Assembly: GCA_031459385.1 (NCBI GenBank) | Contig: JAVKIP010000003.1 | Span: 133,192-197,191 of the forward strand | Reading direction: 5' to 3' | Origin: Candidatus Fervidifonticultor secundus | GTDB lineage: Bacteria; Sysuimicrobiota; Sysuimicrobiia; Sysuimicrobiales; Humicultoraceae | Length of the DNA: 64,000 nt | Shown: in pieces, positions 60,571-64,000 of the stretch | Numbering within the stretch: position 1 is the first letter of the stretch | Layout: each line of letters starts with the position of its first letter | The notes under the pieces: generated by a model | The model's database searches: none | What the model saw: the letters and a program-made list of their open reading frames with translations, nothing else | Told to the model about the DNA's origin: nothing | Made by a program: the position numbers and the translations under genes

Positions 60571-61430
60571 CCGCACTGGCCCTGGCGCTGATCCTGGCAG
60601 CCGCTGCCATCCATGCGGTCTGGAACCTGCTGGCCAAGCGCGCCGCCGGCGGCGGCCCGTTCGTCTGGCTGTTCACCCTGCTCTCGGCGGTGCTCTATGC
60701 GCCGGCGGTGGCGGCGCTACTCGTCCTGCGTCCGGCGGCCATCGGCGTCGTCGGGGTGCTGTTCATGGCCGGCTCGGCGCTGCTGCACGTCGTCTACTTC
60801 GTGAGCCTGCAGCGCGGCTATCAGACGGGCGACCTGTCGCTGGTCTACCCCCTGGCACGCGGGACCGGACCCCTGCTGGCGACGCTGGCCGCGGTGGCGG
60901 TCCTGGATGAGCGGCCGACGCCCCTGGCGCTGGCCGGCGCGGCGCTCATCGTCGGCGGCGTGTTCGTCCTGACCGGGGGGACCCGCGTGCTGGCCGCCGC
61001 TCGAGGCAACCCGTGGGCGGTCCGCTACGGCCTGCTCACGGGCGCCACGATCGCCTGCTACACGCTCTGGGACAAGATCGGCGTGGGCCTGGTGGGCGTA
61101 CCTCCCCTGGTGTACGACTGGGGCTCCAACCTGGGCTGCGCGGCGCTGCTGGCACCGGTGGCGCTGCGGCGGTGGCGCGAGGTGCGCGCGCACTGGGCGG
61201 CGCACCGCCTGGAGATCGTGGGCATCGCGCTGCTGGCGCCGCTGGCCTATCTCCTGGTGCTGACCGCGATGGTCGTCACGCCCGTCAGCTACGTGGCGCC
61301 GGCGCGCGAGATCAGCATCCTGGTGGCCACGGTGCTGGGCACGCGGGTGCTGGCCGAGGGCGACGCGCCGCGGCGGCTGGCCGCAGCGGGGAGCATGGTC
61401 GCCGGCCTGGTGGCGCTCGCGCTGGGATAG
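60567..61430 (+). CDS. EamA/DMT transporter
   Basis: HAVWNLLAK, GDLSLVYPLARG, SYVAPARE. Confidence 0.9.
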   Translation: MTALALALILAAAAIHAVWNLLAKRAAGGGPFVWLFTLLSAVLYAPAVAALLVLRPAAIGVVGVLFMAGSALLHVVYFVSLQRGYQTGDLSLVYPLARGTGPLLATLAAVAVLDERPTPLALAGAALIVGGVFVLTGGTRVLAAARGNPWAVRYGLLTGATIACYTLWDKIGVGLVGVPPLVYDWGSNLGCAALLAPVALRRWREVRAHWAAHRLEIVGIALLAPLAYLLVLTAMVVTPVSYVAPAREISILVATVLGTRVLAEGDAPRRLAAAGSMVAGLVALALG

Positions 61431-61543
61431 CGGGTCGCGCCGGGACGGGCGCTGGCGGCACGGGGTGATACGCAGTGCCGGGATGGGCGCCGGCGGCGCA
61501 GGTGGGGATGCGCCGGGCTTGACCGCGCGTCGTCGGAGGGACC

Positions 61544-62464
61544 ATGGAGATCGCCGTCATGATCGAAGGGCAGAACGGCCTGACCTGGCCGCGCTGGCAG
61601 CGCCTGGTCCGGGCGGTCGAGGACCTGGGCTTCGCGGGGCTGTACCGCTCGGACCACTTCACCAACATGGCCGCGCCCGACCGCGAGTCGCTGGAGTGCT
61701 GGATCTCCCTGGCCTGGCTCGCGGCCCACACGCGGCGGGTCGAGTTCGGGCCGCTGGTGAGCCCGGTGTCGTTTCGCCATCCGGTGTTCCTGGCGCGCTG
61801 GGGGATGCAGCTGGACGACCTCGCCGGCGGCCGCCTGCGTCTGGGCGTGGGCGCGGGCTGGCAGGCGCGCGAGCACACGATGTTCGGGTTCGACCTGCTG
61901 GCCGGCGCCGGCCGGTTCGCCAGGCTGCGCGAGGCGCTGGAGGTCATCACGCGCCTCGTGCAGAGCGAGGCGCCGGTGACGTTCGCCGGGCGGTTCTACC
62001 GGCTGGAAGCGGCCGTGCTGCTGCCGCGGCCGCAGCGCGCCGGCCGCCTGCCGATCGTCGTCGGCGGCAACGGCCCGCGCCGCACCCTGGCCCTGGCCGC
62101 GCGCTACGCCGACGAGTGGAACGCCACGTTCCAGACGCCCGAGCGCTTCGCCGCGCTCAGCCAGCGACTCGACGCGCTGGTGGCAGGGGCCGGCCGGCGG
62201 CCACAGGACGTGCGCCGCACCCTGATGACCGGGATCGTCTTCGGCCGCACCGACGCCGAAGTCGCCCGCCGGCTGGCCCACCGCGGGGTACCGGCGGAAC
62301 AGCTCCGCGCGCGGGGCGTCGTCATCGGCACGGCGGGGGAGGTGGTCGACCACCTCGGCCGCCTGGCCGAGGCCGGCGTGCAGCGCGTTATGCTGCAGTG
62401 GCTCGACCTGGACGATCTGGACGGGCTGGAGGCGCTGGCCCAGGCCACCATCGGGCGCACCTGA
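61544..62464 (+). CDS. LLM-class (luciferase-like, possibly F420-dependent) oxidoreductase
   Basis: MIEGQNG, RSDHF, LVSPVSFRHP, GVGAGW, ARYADEWN. Confidence 0.9.
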   Translation: MEIAVMIEGQNGLTWPRWQRLVRAVEDLGFAGLYRSDHFTNMAAPDRESLECWISLAWLAAHTRRVEFGPLVSPVSFRHPVFLARWGMQLDDLAGGRLRLGVGAGWQAREHTMFGFDLLAGAGRFARLREALEVITRLVQSEAPVTFAGRFYRLEAAVLLPRPQRAGRLPIVVGGNGPRRTLALAARYADEWNATFQTPERFAALSQRLDALVAGAGRRPQDVRRTLMTGIVFGRTDAEVARRLAHRGVPAEQLRARGVVIGTAGEVVDHLGRLAEAGVQRVMLQWLDLDDLDGLEALAQATIGRT

Positions 62465-62553
62465 GCGCCGCGTCGGTCAGGCCCCGGGTTCCTCGCTCCG
62501 GCTGCAGGCTCCCGCTCCGGCTGCCGGGTACCGCTCAGGCCGCCGGCTCCCGT

Positions 62554-63930
62554 TCAGGCCGCAGCATATTCGTAGAGGAACGCCGCCACCGAGCGCTCGA
62601 ACAGCCGCATGCCGGCCAGCGTCGCGTACTCGTTGGGGCTGTGGGGCCGGCCGCCGTGCCCGAGCCCGCCCATGGCGAACGGCTGGCCGAGCACGCGGCG
62701 GAACAGGTAGAACGGGGCCGAGCCCGCGATGTGCGGCCAGATCTCGGGCTCGAAGCCCAGGGAGCGGATGGCGCGGACGAGCGCCTGGACCACGGGCTCC
62801 CGGACGCTGGTCTTTGCCGGCGGGTAGCCCTCGTAGAAGTGCACCTCCAGGTCGCCCCGGCCGATGCGCGCCAGGTGCGCCCGGATGCGCTGGCGGACGC
62901 GCTCGGGCTCCATCTCCGGCACCAGGCGCACGTCCATCTTCACGCGCACCTCGTGCGGCAGCAGGGTCTTGGTGCCGGGTCCAGTGTACCCGCCCCAGAT
63001 GCCGTCGATGTTCAGCGTCGGGTCGTAGAGGTACCGGCGCAGCAGGTCGGCGCCGGCCAGATCGTACTTGAACCGCTCGGCGTCCCACATCCACAGCTCG
63101 GTGGCCGGGTCGAAGGTGCGCCCTAGCGCCGCCAGCAGTTCCTCGTCCTCGGCGCTCGGCGGGGCCACGTCATCGTAGAACCCCTCGATCTGGATACGCT
63201 CGTCGTCGTCCATCATGGTGCAAAGCGCGCGCAGCAGGCGCCAGGCCGGGCTGCCGATCCAGACCGCGTTGCTGCCGTGGACGCCGCGCGTCCGCGGACC
63301 GCCCCAGGCGCCGCCCCGGCAGGCGATCTCGAAGTACTGGATGCCCTTGACCCCCAGCCACAGCATCGGCTTGCCGTGCCGGTCCTGATTGTAGAAGGCG
63401 AAGTAGGTGGCGTCTGCGCCCAGGCGGTCCCGGTAGGCGTGAATGAACTGCGGCAGGTGGGGGCTCGACAGCTCTTCCTCCCCTTCCACCACGAACTTCA
63501 CGTTGACCGGCAGGCGACCGCGCACGGCCTGGATGGCTTCGAGCACGTGGAAGAGTCCGGCGAGCGGTCCCTTGGTGTTGTAGACGCCGCGGGCGACCAC
63601 GCTGGGCCCGAACTCGGGCAGGTCCACCACGTCGCCCGCGAAGGGCGGGGCCAGCCACTGCTCGCCCTCCACCGGCTGCACGTCGTACATGCCGTAGAGC
63701 AGCAGGGTCTTGGGCGCGCCGGCGTCCACCTCGCCGTAGACCACGGGCCAGCCGTCGGTGGGCACGACCGCGGCCGTCCCGCCCAGCTGCCGGATGCTGT
63801 CGGCGACCAGCTCGGCCATCTCCCGCATCCCGAGGCCCTCGCCGCTGATGCTGGGCTGGCGGACGAACCGCTGCACCCGCGCCAGGTGGGCGTCGAAGTG
63901 CCGGTCCAGGTGGGCGATGATGTCGTCCAC
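62554..63930 (-). CDS. M20 family metallopeptidase
   Basis: YGMYDVQP, ARGVYNTKG, VEGEEE, HSPNE; usual metal ligands appear substituted (H to M, DD to NT). Confidence 0.85.
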   Translation of the reverse strand: MDDIIAHLDRHFDAHLARVQRFVRQPSISGEGLGMREMAELVADSIRQLGGTAAVVPTDGWPVVYGEVDAGAPKTLLLYGMYDVQPVEGEQWLAPPFAGDVVDLPEFGPSVVARGVYNTKGPLAGLFHVLEAIQAVRGRLPVNVKFVVEGEEELSSPHLPQFIHAYRDRLGADATYFAFYNQDRHGKPMLWLGVKGIQYFEIACRGGAWGGPRTRGVHGSNAVWIGSPAWRLLRALCTMMDDDERIQIEGFYDDVAPPSAEDEELLAALGRTFDPATELWMWDAERFKYDLAGADLLRRYLYDPTLNIDGIWGGYTGPGTKTLLPHEVRVKMDVRLVPEMEPERVRQRIRAHLARIGRGDLEVHFYEGYPPAKTSVREPVVQALVRAIRSLGFEPEIWPHIAGSAPFYLFRRVLGQPFAMGGLGHGGRPHSPNEYATLAGMRLFERSVAAFLYEYAAA

Positions 63931-64000
63931 GCTGCCTCCTCGCGACAGGTTGGGGGCCCTCCCACATTGGTGGCCCCGCTGCAGGGGGCGGCGCGCTGAA

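Overview
Very GC-rich bacterial chromosomal window. The gene content and Thermus/Firmicutes-like gene order loosely suggest an Armatimonadota/CSP1-3-like organism; this is inference only. The first 15.6 kb hold four paralogous four-gene minor type IV pilin cassettes (FimT/H-like, PilV/I-like, PilW/J-like, and a large PilX/K- or ComZ-like tip protein with a variable passenger region). Three of the four cassettes are preceded by a c-di-GMP-I (GEMM)-like riboswitch whose P1 stem covers the ribosome-binding site, which suggests a second-messenger-controlled repertoire of interchangeable pilus tips. Other notable signals: a thioredoxin-type ArsC gene with an in-frame TGA exactly at the catalytic Cys (candidate selenoprotein); a DEAD-box helicase that appears to start at AUU behind a structured leader; a catalytically eroded AbrB-MNT/HEPN pair; a PlsY-acyl-ACP-reductase-like fusion; and a degenerate TsaC. 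The rest is housekeeping (coaX, coaBC, Pit, upp, glyA, rpiB, prmC, prfA, rpmE, rho, transaldolase, argS), a peptidoglycan-recycling cluster (anmK, murQ, sugar kinase, serine hydrolase, ABC), a second peptide ABC system, and a CoA-transferase/CitE/class I fumarase cluster. I saw no tRNA, rRNA, CRISPR array, transposase or recombinase.
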